A DNA stretch of 64,000 nt from Nitrospira japonica (GTDB lineage Bacteria; Nitrospirota; Thermodesulfovibrionia; Thermodesulfovibrionales; SM23-35). The notes beneath the pieces were generated by a model that did not search any database, was not told the DNA's origin, and worked only from the letters and a program-made list of their open reading frames with translations. Position 1 is the first letter of the stretch. Every line of letters begins with the position of its first letter. Shown piece by piece: positions 1 through 10,459 of the stretch. A program made the translations under genes and the position numbers. Location of the stretch: contig DYFC01000034.1 of the NCBI GenBank assembly GCA_020725385.1, forward strand, positions 64,001 through 128,000, given 5' to 3'.

Positions 1-274
1 TTTCTACAAAAGGATTTGCATCGGGCGAGGGTGCTCTATAGAAAGTGCCTACAATTGGAGAAGTAATTGTAATAAGCCTTTGGGTTTCTTCTTCTTCCGG
101 GATGTCTGTAGTTTTAGTATGAATAACAGAAGGTTTTTGTAAAGGCATTTCTATAGATGTCAAGATTTTTTCTCTTTTAATTTTTACTCTGGTACCTTCT
201 TTTTCAACCTGAAGTTCTGTAATGTCTGTATCCTTGAGAAGTTCAATTAAAGCTTTTAAATCCTCAAGTTCCAT
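1..274 (-). CDS. accB: Acetyl-CoA carboxylase biotin carboxyl carrier protein (3' end outside window)
   Basis: Not in ORF track; manual translation from ATG at 274 (TAATG overlap with efp stop): [27 protein letters not shown]...ITSPIVGTFYRAPSPDANPFVE, the typical AccB N-terminus and SPxVGTFYRAPSP motif; efp-accB synteny. Confidence 0.93.
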   Translation of the reverse strand, partial: MELEDLKALIELLKDTDITELQVEKEGTRVKIKREKILTSIEMPLQKPSVIHTKTTDIPEEEETQRLITITSPIVGTFYRAPSPDANPFVE

Positions 275-837
275 TATTTTACCCTTTCTATATACTCTGA
301 AGTTCGAGTGTCTATTTTAATTACGTCTCCTTCATTTATATGAAAAGGAACTTTTACTACAGCGCCTGTCTCAAGTGTTGCTGGTTTGCCTCCGCCTGAA
401 GCTGTATCACCTTTAAAGCCTGCAGGGTCTGTTTTTATTACAGTTAGTTCAACAAAAGTCGGGATGTCAACACTTATTGGTATTTCTTTATGATATAGTA
501 TTTTGACTGTCATGTTTTCTTTAAGAAAGTTTTTTGCATCTCCAAGTTGCTCCACTGTTAATGGAATTTGTTCATATGTTTCGGTATCCATAAAGAAATA
601 CTGGTCTGCCTGGTTGTAAAGATATTGCATTGATTTTTCTTCAAGACCTGGCTTTTCGAGTTTTTCCCCTGATCTAAAGGTTTCCTCGATAATCGCACCT
701 GTTTTCAAATTCCTGAGTTTTGTTCTTACAATAGCACCACCCCTGCCCATCTTGACATGCTGAAAATCTACTATTTCGCAAGGTTCACCTTTAAATTCAA
801 CTTTTAAACCCCTTTTAAAATCACTTGTTGAAATCAA
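274..837 (-). CDS. efp: Translation elongation factor P
   Basis: [35 protein letters not shown] motifs; TTG start with GGAGG RBS. Confidence 0.97.
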   Translation of the reverse strand: MISTSDFKRGLKVEFKGEPCEIVDFQHVKMGRGGAIVRTKLRNLKTGAIIEETFRSGEKLEKPGLEEKSMQYLYNQADQYFFMDTETYEQIPLTVEQLGDAKNFLKENMTVKILYHKEIPISVDIPTFVELTVIKTDPAGFKGDTASGGGKPATLETGAVVKVPFHINEGDVIKIDTRTSEYIERVK

Positions 838-1025
838 ATCTAATACCTCCTGATAAGATGAGTATTATTTTAGCATTTTCTGCAAATTTTTCCACTATCT
901 TAACGGAGTTAACTAGTTATTCATTTGCTAACATAAAAAGAAAAAATAAAAAAATTTACTTGACATTAATTTTTAAGATATGTAACTCTACGTAGCATAT
1001 ATTTTTTATTAAAGGAGGGAATTGG

Positions 1026-2357
1026 ATGAAAAAGGGGTCTGTAGTAATGTTTAGCAGTATTTTTCTTGCAGTATTTACCATTTTATTCTTTTCTTGGGGT
1101 TCTGCTTTCGGAGCTGGATTCGCACTTATTGAGCAAAGCATGAGCGGTCTTGGAAATGCATATTCAGGAGGTTCAGCAATTGCTGAAGATTCATCAACAA
1201 TATTTTATAATCCTGCTGGAATGACAAGACTCAGCGGTAATCAAATTGTAGCCGGTACCCATGTAATTATGCCTTCCGTTGAATTTAATAATGAAGGCTC
1301 AAAACACGTAACAGGAGCGCCTTTAAGCGGTGGAAATGGAGGAGATGGTGGTGTAACGAAACTTGTACCCAATCTTTATTACAGCAGAAAAGTTACCGAT
1401 AAATTTGCTGTCGGTATTGGAATAAACGCTCCATTTGGACTTGCAACAGAATACGATAAAAATTGGGTCGGTCGCTATCATGCGGTTGAATCAGATGTTC
1501 TTACTGTAAATATTAATCCATCGGTAGCTTATAAAGTAAATGATAATCTTAGTATTGGAGCGGGTTTTAGCGCAATGTATTTAAAAGCCCTTCTTTCCAA
1601 TGCAATAGATTTTGGAACTGTTGGATATATGCTTAAAATTCCTGGCTTACTTCCTCAAAAAAATGATGGTTTTGTTGAACTCGAAGGAGATAGCTGGGCC
1701 TTTGGTTTTAATGCAGGTATCCTTTATGAATTCAATAAAAATACAAGAGCAGGTATAGCATATCGTTCAAGAGTAGAACATACTCTAAAGGGTGAAGCTG
1801 ATTTTTCAAAAGTTCCGGCACTATTAAAGTCTGCATTTAAGGATGGAGATGTTGAAGCAGATATTACTTTACCCGATAGTCTGTCAATAAGTTTATACCA
1901 TCAGTATAATCCTAAATGGGCTGTTATGGCTGATTTCACATGGACTAACTGGAGTGTATTTGACAAGCTTGTTGTAGAATTCGATAATCCTGCACAGAAA
2001 GACGCTGTTACAACTGAAAAATGGCAGGACAATTACCGTTATTCATTGGGCGTAACATATACTCCGGATGATAAGTGGAAATTCAGGGCTGGAACTGCGT
2101 ATGATACATCGGCAGTCGCAAGCTCAAAATATCGTACTCCAAGAATTCCTGATGGAGACAGAATATGGATAGCTTTGGGATTCGGTTATAAATTTACAGA
2201 CATGTTTGCGGTTGATTTCGGTTATGCACATCTTTTTGTGAATGACCCTGAAATAAACAAATCAGCAACAGGTGAAGATCAGCTTAAAGGTGCGTTGAAG
2301 GGCACATTTGATGCAGCTATTGATATACTTAGCGCCCAGTTGACATTAAGGTTTTAA
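1026..2357 (+). CDS. fadL: FadL/OmpP1 family outer-membrane long-chain fatty acid transporter
   Basis: Signal peptide then AGFALIEQS, NPAGM motif, RTPRIPDGDR, C-terminal F. Confidence 0.9.
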   Translation: MKKGSVVMFSSIFLAVFTILFFSWGSAFGAGFALIEQSMSGLGNAYSGGSAIAEDSSTIFYNPAGMTRLSGNQIVAGTHVIMPSVEFNNEGSKHVTGAPLSGGNGGDGGVTKLVPNLYYSRKVTDKFAVGIGINAPFGLATEYDKNWVGRYHAVESDVLTVNINPSVAYKVNDNLSIGAGFSAMYLKALLSNAIDFGTVGYMLKIPGLLPQKNDGFVELEGDSWAFGFNAGILYEFNKNTRAGIAYRSRVEHTLKGEADFSKVPALLKSAFKDGDVEADITLPDSLSISLYHQYNPKWAVMADFTWTNWSVFDKLVVEFDNPAQKDAVTTEKWQDNYRYSLGVTYTPDDKWKFRAGTAYDTSAVASSKYRTPRIPDGDRIWIALGFGYKFTDMFAVDFGYAHLFVNDPEINKSATGEDQLKGALKGTFDAAIDILSAQLTLRF

Positions 2358-3880
2358 TGCTTCTTCACCAGCATTTCATAAAAATAGCGAAAAGGTGCGG
2401 TGATAAATTTGCTTTTATTGACCGCACCTCTGATAAACGCATTACCTATTCAAAGGCTTTGATTGCCTCATTAATTCTTTCCGACAAGATAAAAAAATAT
2501 CATGAAGGATTTATTGGCATTATGATTCCAACATCAGCAGGTTGTGCTCTTTCGATACTCGGGACTTTGATGAGCGGAAAGATACCTGTAATGATTAATT
2601 ATTCAACAGGCGCTGCAACAAATGCTTTATACGCACAAAATAAATGCAGTTTCAAGACAATTATTACATCCAAAGCTTTGCTCGAAAAAATTAATTGCCC
2701 TGTAATTGATGGCATGGTATTTATCGAAGATATCATGGAAAGTGTTACGGCAGGCGATAAGCTGAAAGCTGCTTTCATATCTAAATTACCCGTTGCTGTA
2801 ATCCAAAGGCTCGTTTATAGCGGTAATGAGGATGACAATATTGTGATACTTTTTACGAGTGGAAGCGAGAAAGATCCAAAAGCTGTACAACTGACGCACA
2901 AAAATATATCATCCAATATAAGAGATTTCAGTCAGGTTATGAAAATGTTTGAAAATGATATTATGCTTGCAAATCTTCCATATTTCCATGTATTCGGCCT
3001 GACTGTAAATCTCTGGACACCGCTTTATTTTGGAATGACCATTGTATCATATGCAAATCCTCTGGATTATAAAATGATCTGCACCATCCTTAGAGAAGAG
3101 AGACCAACTGTAATGGTTGGCACCCCGAGCTTCTTGTGGGGGTATCTTCGCAAATCAGAATCCGGGGATTTCAGCAGCATTCGCCTTATTGTAAGTGGTG
3201 CTGATAAGTGTCCTGATGTACTTAGAAAAGAATTCAAGGAAAAGCACGGCATTACACTTTATGAAGGTTATGGTACTACCGAAACATCACCTGTTATTTC
3301 AGTAAATACACCCGAGTATAATAAACCTGGAAGTGTTGGCAGGGTATTGCCCAATGTTAAAGTTCGGATCGAAAATTATGAAACAGGAAATGAATGCAAA
3401 CCCGGCGAAGTTGGACGAATTCTTGTTAAAGGTGATCTTGTAATGAAGGGTTATCTTGATGATTTTGAAGAGACTTCTATGCGTATTAGACACGGATGGT
3501 ATGACACCGGCGATATGGGTTATATTGACAAGGATGGTTTTTTATGGCATTCCGGAAGATTAAAAAGATTTGTTAAGATAGGCGGGGAGATGGTATCGCT
3601 CGTAAAAGTTGAAGATGTATTGCAAAAACTTTTACCAGAAGATATTGCATGTTGTGTAGTTGAAGTGCCTGATGCATTGAAAGGTGTAAAGATTGTTGCT
3701 GCTGTAACCAAAAAGATTGATGAAAGAAAAATCCTCAAACAAATGTCAGCACATCTTCCTAATATAGCCCTGCCCAAACAATTTGTTGTTATAGAAGAAC
3801 TTCCTAAAATGGGAAGCGGCAAGATAGATTTCCGTACAGTAGCAAATATGCTGCATGAAATATTGAGGGAAAAGGGATAG
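2357..3880 (+). CDS. AMP-binding acyl-ACP/CoA synthetase (Aas synthetase-domain-like)
   Basis: FTSGSEKDPKAV, YEGYGTTETSP, YDTGD, RFVKIGGEMVSL motifs; translationally coupled to fadL. Confidence 0.88.
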   Translation: MLLHQHFIKIAKRCGDKFAFIDRTSDKRITYSKALIASLILSDKIKKYHEGFIGIMIPTSAGCALSILGTLMSGKIPVMINYSTGAATNALYAQNKCSFKTIITSKALLEKINCPVIDGMVFIEDIMESVTAGDKLKAAFISKLPVAVIQRLVYSGNEDDNIVILFTSGSEKDPKAVQLTHKNISSNIRDFSQVMKMFENDIMLANLPYFHVFGLTVNLWTPLYFGMTIVSYANPLDYKMICTILREERPTVMVGTPSFLWGYLRKSESGDFSSIRLIVSGADKCPDVLRKEFKEKHGITLYEGYGTTETSPVISVNTPEYNKPGSVGRVLPNVKVRIENYETGNECKPGEVGRILVKGDLVMKGYLDDFEETSMRIRHGWYDTGDMGYIDKDGFLWHSGRLKRFVKIGGEMVSLVKVEDVLQKLLPEDIACCVVEVPDALKGVKIVAAVTKKIDERKILKQMSAHLPNIALPKQFVVIEELPKMGSGKIDFRTVANMLHEILREKG

Positions 3881-3922
3881 TAATTTCGGAATTTTTTGCT
3901 TAATTTAGAAAATTTTTTGGGG

Positions 3923-5002
3923 TTAAATGATTTCAAGTTTTTTGGGCAATTGAGTAAGAACTTCGCAGCCTGCTTCTTTTACAATAACCATATCCTCAAT
4001 CCTTACACCTCCGAGTTCAGGTATGTATATCCCCGGTTCTATGGTAAATATCATATTATGTTTAAGAATTGTGTTCTGATTCCATGTGATTCTCGGAGCT
4101 TCGTGCACCTCAAGTCCTACCCCGTGTCCTGTTCCATGTCCAAAATAATTGCCGAAACCTTTTGCCTTTATATATTCTCTTGCAATTGAGTCAATTTTTT
4201 TGGATTTGATTCCGGGTTTAACAGATGAAATAGATTTTTGATTAGCCCTTAAAACAATATTATAAATAGCGGTTTTTTTTCTGTAGTCCTTACCACCATT
4301 TAATAGAAAAGTACGGGTCATATCCGAAAAATAACCATCCGCCTCTCCGCCCCAATCAATAATTATCATATCACCTTTCTGAAATCTTCTATCCGTGGGT
4401 TTTGCATGAGGCATTGCGGAATTAGGACCTGATGCTACAATAATATCAAATGGTAAACAGCGACATCCCTGTTTTTTTAACCTCTCTTCAAGTAGATTTG
4501 ATAGTTTTAATTCAGTTTGACCTTCTTTTATTAAAGGTTTTGTTTCAAGAAAAGCATTTTCAGCTCTTTTTATAGCCAGTTTTATTTTTTCGATTTCTTC
4601 TTCTTGTTTTATCAGACGTATCTGTTCAACAACACCATCAACATCTCTTAGGGTGGTCTTTGATTTTGTCAGCTTTCGATAGAAATTATATGATATACTC
4701 GATTCAAATCCTGTTATTTTTGAAAAAGTTTTTTTAATTAGTTTATCTATAATTTGAATACGATTCCCTGCTTCAATAATTATGTCCCAACCATTTATTT
4801 CTTTATGTGCCTGTTCTTTGTATCTAAAATCGGTTACAAATACATTATGTTTATGCGTTATAAATAAAAAACCCGATGAGCCTGTAAAACCTGTAAGATA
4901 CCTTATGTTAATAATATTAAATATGAGTAATGAATCTACCCCTATTTTTTTGATTGCTCTTTTAACAGCATCGAGTCTTGCCTGAAATGAAGATGTAAGC
5001 AT
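3923..5002 (-). CDS. Xaa-Pro dipeptidase/aminopeptidase (M24)
   Basis: Creatinase N-domain, DMTRT, HGTGHGVGLEVHEAP, TIEPGIY, GVRIED motifs. Confidence 0.93.
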   Translation of the reverse strand: MLTSSFQARLDAVKRAIKKIGVDSLLIFNIINIRYLTGFTGSSGFLFITHKHNVFVTDFRYKEQAHKEINGWDIIIEAGNRIQIIDKLIKKTFSKITGFESSISYNFYRKLTKSKTTLRDVDGVVEQIRLIKQEEEIEKIKLAIKRAENAFLETKPLIKEGQTELKLSNLLEERLKKQGCRCLPFDIIVASGPNSAMPHAKPTDRRFQKGDMIIIDWGGEADGYFSDMTRTFLLNGGKDYRKKTAIYNIVLRANQKSISSVKPGIKSKKIDSIAREYIKAKGFGNYFGHGTGHGVGLEVHEAPRITWNQNTILKHNMIFTIEPGIYIPELGGVRIEDMVIVKEAGCEVLTQLPKKLEII

Positions 5003-5062
5003 AATGATGTAGATACAATAACAAAAAATATCCTTAAATGTCTAAAGTGAAAATCTGTTATT

Positions 5063-5106
5063 AAAATTCTCAAATTCTCATTCTTATTTATCAAATTGAG
5101 AATTTT
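5063..5106. promoter_or_regulatory. Inverted repeat AAAATTCTCAA...TTGAGAATTTT, candidate enhancer (UAS) for a sigma54 activator
   Basis: 11-bp perfect inverted repeat with an extra AAATTCTCA copy, 80-120 bp upstream of the sigma54-like site. Confidence 0.4.
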
Positions 5107-5185
5107 TAGATATTTCAAAAATATATTAAGTCCGCATTTTTATATAACTATAGGAAAAATAAGTAAAAATTACATTGTAAGAATA

Positions 5186-5201
5186 TGGCATTTAATTTGC
5201 T
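5186..5201 (+). promoter_or_regulatory. sigma54 (-24/-12) promoter
   Basis: TGGCAT-TTAAT-TTGCT matches TGGCAC-N5-TTGCW with exact spacing, about 45 bp upstream of the sigma factor gene. Confidence 0.7.
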
Positions 5202-5244
5202 GCTATATTTTCAGATTGAAGTACAAATTAGTTTTAAGTAGCAG

Positions 5245-6555
5245 GTGATGTTTATGGAAGAAAACAATTTATTTGAGGATATTATACAACTGGGGTTAGA
5301 TAAAGGAAGTTTGACCTTCAATGACATAGATGAAGTAATACCGCCTGAATTTATGGTAAATAAAGATTTTGAATCATTTGTATATCAGATACAAGATGCA
5401 GGAATTAGATTAGAAGATGAAATTGAATCGGATTTGAAAAATAAGGAAAATAATGGAGACGATTTATTTGATGATATTGAAAATGACAATCTTGTCCGGA
5501 CTTATCTCCATTCAATGGGAAATATCAATATTTTTACAAAAAACGAGACTATCGAAATTGCAAGAAAAATCAAAGAAGGTAACAGGATTTTAATAAAAAG
5601 CATTTCACAGTTTCCGGTATATAAAAGAATTAAGAAGGAGAATCGGGAGAACGGTGGGCATAACAATAATATTACAAATAACAACAATGACCAGGAAATT
5701 TTAAAGAGGTGTATGGAGGTTTTAAAATCTCTTCTTGGAAAAAATAAAATTAAGGATATAATTGCTGAAACAGGTGTTAATTCAAAAGAGTTTAAAAAGA
5801 AATATGAAAAAATATTAGAAGTTCAGAAATTTATCGATGATGCAAAAAATGAATTTGTAATACACAATTTAAGGCTTGTTGTTAATATAGCAAAACAATA
5901 TATAGGAAGGGGGCTACCTCTGCTAGATTTAATACAGGAAGGAAATATAGGGCTCATGAAAGCTGTTGAAAGGTTTGATTATAGAAGAGGCTTCAAATTC
6001 AGTACTTATGCGGTCTGGTGGATTAGGCAGGCAATTTTAAGAGCTTTAATCGAGCAAACAAGAACTGTTAGATTGCCTGTTCATGTGATCGAGATGTATA
6101 ACAAAATGAATCAATCGGAGAAAGAGATAACTAATATGCTCGGAAGAAAACCCGGGATTGCTGAAATTGCCGATAAAACAGGTGTATCTTTTGAAAAAGT
6201 TGAAAATGTATATAATGCATTGCAGGATACTGTTTCAATGAACGAACCAATTGGAGATGACAAAACTTCTCTCGGCGAATATATCCCTGACACAAGAAGC
6301 TTGTCACCTTATGAAAGTACAGAACAGAAAAAAATGAGGGAATATCTGCTGAAAATACTTCATACACTTACACCTAAAGAAGAAAAAGTTATCAAAATGA
6401 GGTATGGAATAGGCTGTGACAGGGATTATACACTCGAAGAAATAGGCAAGCATTTATCTATTACAAGAGAACGTGTGAGACAGATTGAAGAGAAAGCAAT
6501 TAAAAAGCTCAGGCATCCAAAACGGCTTAAGGCAATAAGGGAAATGCTTCATTAA
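5245..6555 (+). CDS. RpoD-like sigma70 factor (paralogue)
   Basis: Regions 1.1/1.2, NLRLVVNIAK, DLIQEGNIGLMKAVERFDYRRGFKFSTYAVWWIRQAI, TLEEIG..TRERVRQIE; not next to dnaG. Confidence 0.92.
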   Translation: MMFMEENNLFEDIIQLGLDKGSLTFNDIDEVIPPEFMVNKDFESFVYQIQDAGIRLEDEIESDLKNKENNGDDLFDDIENDNLVRTYLHSMGNINIFTKNETIEIARKIKEGNRILIKSISQFPVYKRIKKENRENGGHNNNITNNNNDQEILKRCMEVLKSLLGKNKIKDIIAETGVNSKEFKKKYEKILEVQKFIDDAKNEFVIHNLRLVVNIAKQYIGRGLPLLDLIQEGNIGLMKAVERFDYRRGFKFSTYAVWWIRQAILRALIEQTRTVRLPVHVIEMYNKMNQSEKEITNMLGRKPGIAEIADKTGVSFEKVENVYNALQDTVSMNEPIGDDKTSLGEYIPDTRSLSPYESTEQKKMREYLLKILHTLTPKEEKVIKMRYGIGCDRDYTLEEIGKHLSITRERVRQIEEKAIKKLRHPKRLKAIREMLH

Positions 6556-6560
6556 ATAAT

Positions 6561-6700
6561 AAAAAGAAAAGGGACAGAGACTATGTGGGAGTCAATCCAC
6601 AGTGTAATATCGCCTCTGCCCCAACCTGAAATCTGTTTTTGAAGGTTCCTGAATACAGTTTCAGAAATCAAAGAGGCAGTGTTAATTTTTCAATTCTGAA
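6561..6700 (-). ncRNA. Candidate structured small RNA (unassigned)
   Basis: Two mutually exclusive stems with G-U pairs only on the minus strand, U-tract at the 3' end, TTGACA/TGnTAAAAT-like promoter at 6701-6731. Confidence 0.35.
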
Positions 6701-6937
6701 ATTTTACCATAATTTTAAAATAATTTGTCAATCAAATTGCTCAAAATAAATTGATTTATAAAAATTTTTGATGAAATAAAATTTACTATAATTCGAAGCA
6801 ACAGCCGGATATTCTGAAATTTGTGCTATACTTACTTATAATCCGTCTTCTCTATTCTTAGCTTTGAGCAATTGGTCCGGTTATTCTGGTTAACAATTGT
6901 AAATATTAAAGTAGCAAAGAATTATTTCATTATTAAA

Positions 6938-7600
6938 ATGAGTTCGAGATCAGAAGAAAAACTATATAAAACCAGTGAAGAAATAGTCCACGGGATTACA
7001 CATGGCATTGGTATTTTGTTTGCTCTTGCAGGTATGATAATTCTTTTGTACTTTGCTATAATGCACGGAACCTTCCGTCATATTATAAGCTGTACAATTT
7101 ATGGAGTATCACTGATTTTACTCTATACTACTTCAACCCTCTATCATAGCATTCAACGTCCTAAAACAAAAAAAATCTTAAGACAATTAGACCATACATC
7201 AATTTATATTTTAATTGCAGGCTCATATACACCCTTTACACTTGTTAATCTTCGTGGCATATGGGGATGGACATTATTCAGTATAGTGTGGGGGCTTGCA
7301 TTTGCCGGAATAATTATGCAATTATCTCCATTAAGAAAATGGAAAATAATAAGAATGCTCATTTATATAGTAATGGGTTGGATTGCAATAACTGCAATTA
7401 AACCCTTACTATTTTCTCTTCCTCTTAATGCTTTTATTCTTATAGTAGCAGGAGGGATAATTTATACCTCCGGAATAGTGTTTTATCTCTGGAGGCGCAT
7501 CCCTTTTAATCATGCTATATGGCATGTATTCGTTCTCGCAGGCAGTATAATGCATTATTTTGCAGTTCTTCTATCTTTAAACCGTTCATGGTCTTTATAA
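6938..7600 (+). CDS. Hemolysin III / PAQR family membrane protein (YqfA/TrhA-like)
   Basis: EEIVHGITHG, STLYHS, LDHTSIYILIAGSYTPF, HAIWHVFVL; ATG 6938 preferred over the ORF-track start at 6872. Confidence 0.9.
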   Translation: MSSRSEEKLYKTSEEIVHGITHGIGILFALAGMIILLYFAIMHGTFRHIISCTIYGVSLILLYTTSTLYHSIQRPKTKKILRQLDHTSIYILIAGSYTPFTLVNLRGIWGWTLFSIVWGLAFAGIIMQLSPLRKWKIIRMLIYIVMGWIAITAIKPLLFSLPLNAFILIVAGGIIYTSGIVFYLWRRIPFNHAIWHVFVLAGSIMHYFAVLLSLNRSWSL

Positions 7601-7766
7601 TCGAGACAATTCTATATTTTTTGACCATCAAGAATAAAAGCTTTATAGCATCTTTTGCATTTCGCAAATGCCTATGTGAAAACATAAAGCAAAAAGAAAC
7701 AATACCCGAACCCTCTTCAGGGCACCTCTCTCGGTAAAAATAAAAACAGATAATAATTCGTGATTT

Positions 7767-8108
7767 TTATAACCCGAGTGCTTCGGCTATTCTTTTCTTT
7801 TGTTTTTCTATTGTCCTCTGTCCGTGTTCAAGATTTTTTAAGAGTTCTTTTTTTGCATTATCCGAAATATCCTTGCCACTGTCAATAAGATCGGAGATTT
7901 TTTCTTTTACATCATCTGCAAAATCATTAATGGTATCAATTGCATCTTCAACGATATTTACAGTTTCTCTCTTGATTTTACGCGCTGTTCGTGCAATATC
8001 TTTTCTTGTATCTTTACCCGACTGCGGTGCGTAAAGTAACGCAATTCCGGCTCCTACTGCACCTCCAATTAAAAATGCAAGCGCTATTTTCTTATAATCT
8101 TCGTCCAT
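7767..8108 (-). CDS. YtxH domain protein
   Basis: FLIGGAVGAGIALLYAPQSGKDTR motif; ATG 8108 with GGAGG RBS. Confidence 0.88.
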   Translation of the reverse strand: MDEDYKKIALAFLIGGAVGAGIALLYAPQSGKDTRKDIARTARKIKRETVNIVEDAIDTINDFADDVKEKISDLIDSGKDISDNAKKELLKNLEHGQRTIEKQKKRIAEALGL

Positions 8109-8298
8109 TAATACCTCCTTCTTAGTAATTACTAAATTGCTAAGCTTAAACAAAGAATTTGCTATGTTTCACAATAAAATCTTAAATCAATACAGGTAAA
8201 ATGTGCCAACCGTAGAAACTATTTTCAAAATATTTTTGGTATTACCTAAATTATAATAGTTTGATTTTATTAATTCCAGCAAAATGTTGCAGAGCTTT

Positions 8299-9084
8299 TT
8301 AATATTTTAATAAATCCGATAGACGCGCAAATTCTTCGATTGTTAATGTCTCGGGTCTTCTATTAGGTTCTATTCCTGCACTCAATAGCCATTGCCCCGG
8401 GTTCTCATGCAGGGGTTTCAATGAATTCGAAAGCATTTTCCTTCTTTGTGAAAAGGCAGTCCTGATTATATTAAAAAATTTTTTTTCATTCGAGATAGTC
8501 ACCGGAGGTTTCTCTAAAATTTGCATATGTACTACCGCAGAATCAACCTTAGGTATCGGCCTGAAAGCTTCTTTTGGAATAATAAATTCAAAAGATGGCT
8601 TTGCATAATACTGAACCATTATTGTCAGTATGCCATAATCTTTACTACCAGGTTTAGCAACAATTCTTTCGGCGACTTCTTTTTGAATGCTCATTGTAAT
8701 TGATTTTAAATTACGTAAAAAATCTCCTTTTTCAGATTTAATTTCAAGTAAACGGAATATTATTGGAGTAGTTATATAATATGGAATATTTGCTACTACT
8801 TTAAAAGCAGGCAGTTTGTTGAAAGGATATTCAAGTGCATCTCCACATACCACTTCTATATTTTTATATATAGATAATTCTTTCTGTATCTTTTTATAAA
8901 GTTCTTCATCCAGCTCAATTGCTATTACTTTTTCGACTTTTTCCGCTATTATTTTAGTTAGTGTACCATGACCCGGACCTATTTCTACTACAAGATCATC
9001 AGGCTCAAGCCTCGCAACCTCAACTATTCTGCCAAGAATTTGAGGATTATAAAGAAAATGTTGTCCAAGTGATTTTTTTGCCAT
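8299..9084 (-). CDS. rsmA: 16S rRNA m6(2)A1518/1519 dimethyltransferase
   Basis: KKSLGQHFL, EIGPGHG, VANIPYYITTPI, PKVDSAVV, RRPETL. Confidence 0.97.
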   Translation of the reverse strand: MAKKSLGQHFLYNPQILGRIVEVARLEPDDLVVEIGPGHGTLTKIIAEKVEKVIAIELDEELYKKIQKELSIYKNIEVVCGDALEYPFNKLPAFKVVANIPYYITTPIIFRLLEIKSEKGDFLRNLKSITMSIQKEVAERIVAKPGSKDYGILTIMVQYYAKPSFEFIIPKEAFRPIPKVDSAVVHMQILEKPPVTISNEKKFFNIIRTAFSQRRKMLSNSLKPLHENPGQWLLSAGIEPNRRPETLTIEEFARLSDLLKY

Positions 9085-9117
9085 AGATTCTATTGCCTGT
9101 TGTGACTCCAGTATTAA

Positions 9118-10356
9118 TTAATTAGAGCCGTGATTTTGTTTTATATTAGGATAACCTCCTTTTACATTATAAAGTATAATTATTCCGGAAAGAAAAAACA
9201 TCGCTACAGAAAGAATAGCAGGTCTCTGGCTTCCGAAAGTACTTGATATATAACCGAAAACTATGGGGCCGATAATAGCAGAAGATTTCCCGGCGAGTGA
9301 ATATACTCCGAAATATTCTGCTTCTTTCCCTTCCGGTATAAATTGAGCAAAAAATGCTCTTGATGCAGCCTGTACAGTACCGAGTCCAAGACCTGCGAAT
9401 GAAGCGAGAAACCAGAACATTGTTTTAGTTTTTATAAAATATGCTACGATTGCAACGACTGTCCACATTAAAAGAGAGAGCATTACAACTTTTTTAGGCC
9501 CCCAGAAATCTATCGGTCTTGCCATTATGAAAGAGCCTGCAAGTGCAGTTGCCTGGACAATTAAGTATAGAAAAACAAGCTCCTGGGTATTAAATCCCAA
9601 TGTTACAGAAGCAAAGATACTTGAAAAGACAATTACAGTATTTACACCGTCTTCGTAAATAAAATAAGAAGTGAGAAATTTCAATGAATTTTTGTTTTGA
9701 AAAACCTCTATAAAAGTTTTGTATGTATATTTGAATCCTTTAATTCCAGAATCAAATAGGGAATCTTGTTTGCTATTTCCCGGAAGAAATAAAAATGCTG
9801 GCATAGAGAAAATTCCAAAGAAAGCTGCAACTGTAATCCATACTATCGTGAAATTTCCTGTTTTTATGAAGTAAAGAGCTATAAGCAACGCAGCAATAGA
9901 ACCGGCATATCCTACCATAAACCCCCATGCTGATACTCTTCCCAAAAATTCCTTTGGAGCAATCTGCGGTAGAAATGAATTATAAAAAACAAGACCTCCT
10001 TCCATTCCTACGTTTGCAATAACAATAAGCGTAAAACCAATTAAAGCCATACCTTTATCAAGTAATGAAAAACATGCAACAGAAGATATACAGATTGCTG
10101 TATAAATAAAAAGGAACCTTTTTCTTAATCCACCATAATCGGCAATTCCACCAAGAAATGGAGAACTGAATGCAACTATAGCCATACTTAAAGAGATAGC
10201 TCTCCCCCACCATAAATCACCCAGACCGCCTTCATTGCCAACAATGAAATTTGTATAATAAACAGGGAAGATTACTGCTGCGATTACTGCTGAATAACTT
10301 GAATTCGCAAAATCGAATAATGTCCAGCTAATTATATGTTTTTTATTCAAAGACAT
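9118..10356 (-). CDS. MFS transporter (UMF1/Atg22-like)
   Basis: WTLFDFANSSY, FYNSFLP, GRVSAWG, about 12 TM segments. Confidence 0.85.
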   Translation of the reverse strand: MSLNKKHIISWTLFDFANSSYSAVIAAVIFPVYYTNFIVGNEGGLGDLWWGRAISLSMAIVAFSSPFLGGIADYGGLRKRFLFIYTAICISSVACFSLLDKGMALIGFTLIVIANVGMEGGLVFYNSFLPQIAPKEFLGRVSAWGFMVGYAGSIAALLIALYFIKTGNFTIVWITVAAFFGIFSMPAFLFLPGNSKQDSLFDSGIKGFKYTYKTFIEVFQNKNSLKFLTSYFIYEDGVNTVIVFSSIFASVTLGFNTQELVFLYLIVQATALAGSFIMARPIDFWGPKKVVMLSLLMWTVVAIVAYFIKTKTMFWFLASFAGLGLGTVQAASRAFFAQFIPEGKEAEYFGVYSLAGKSSAIIGPIVFGYISSTFGSQRPAILSVAMFFLSGIIILYNVKGGYPNIKQNHGSN

Positions 10357-10459
10357 TCTTATATAATAAATGAATAAATTATTTATTTGTTAATATAAGA
10401 AATGCTATTACAATAATTCTGGTTTTAAGAAAGAATTTAGTTGAAATTGCTTAAATCTA

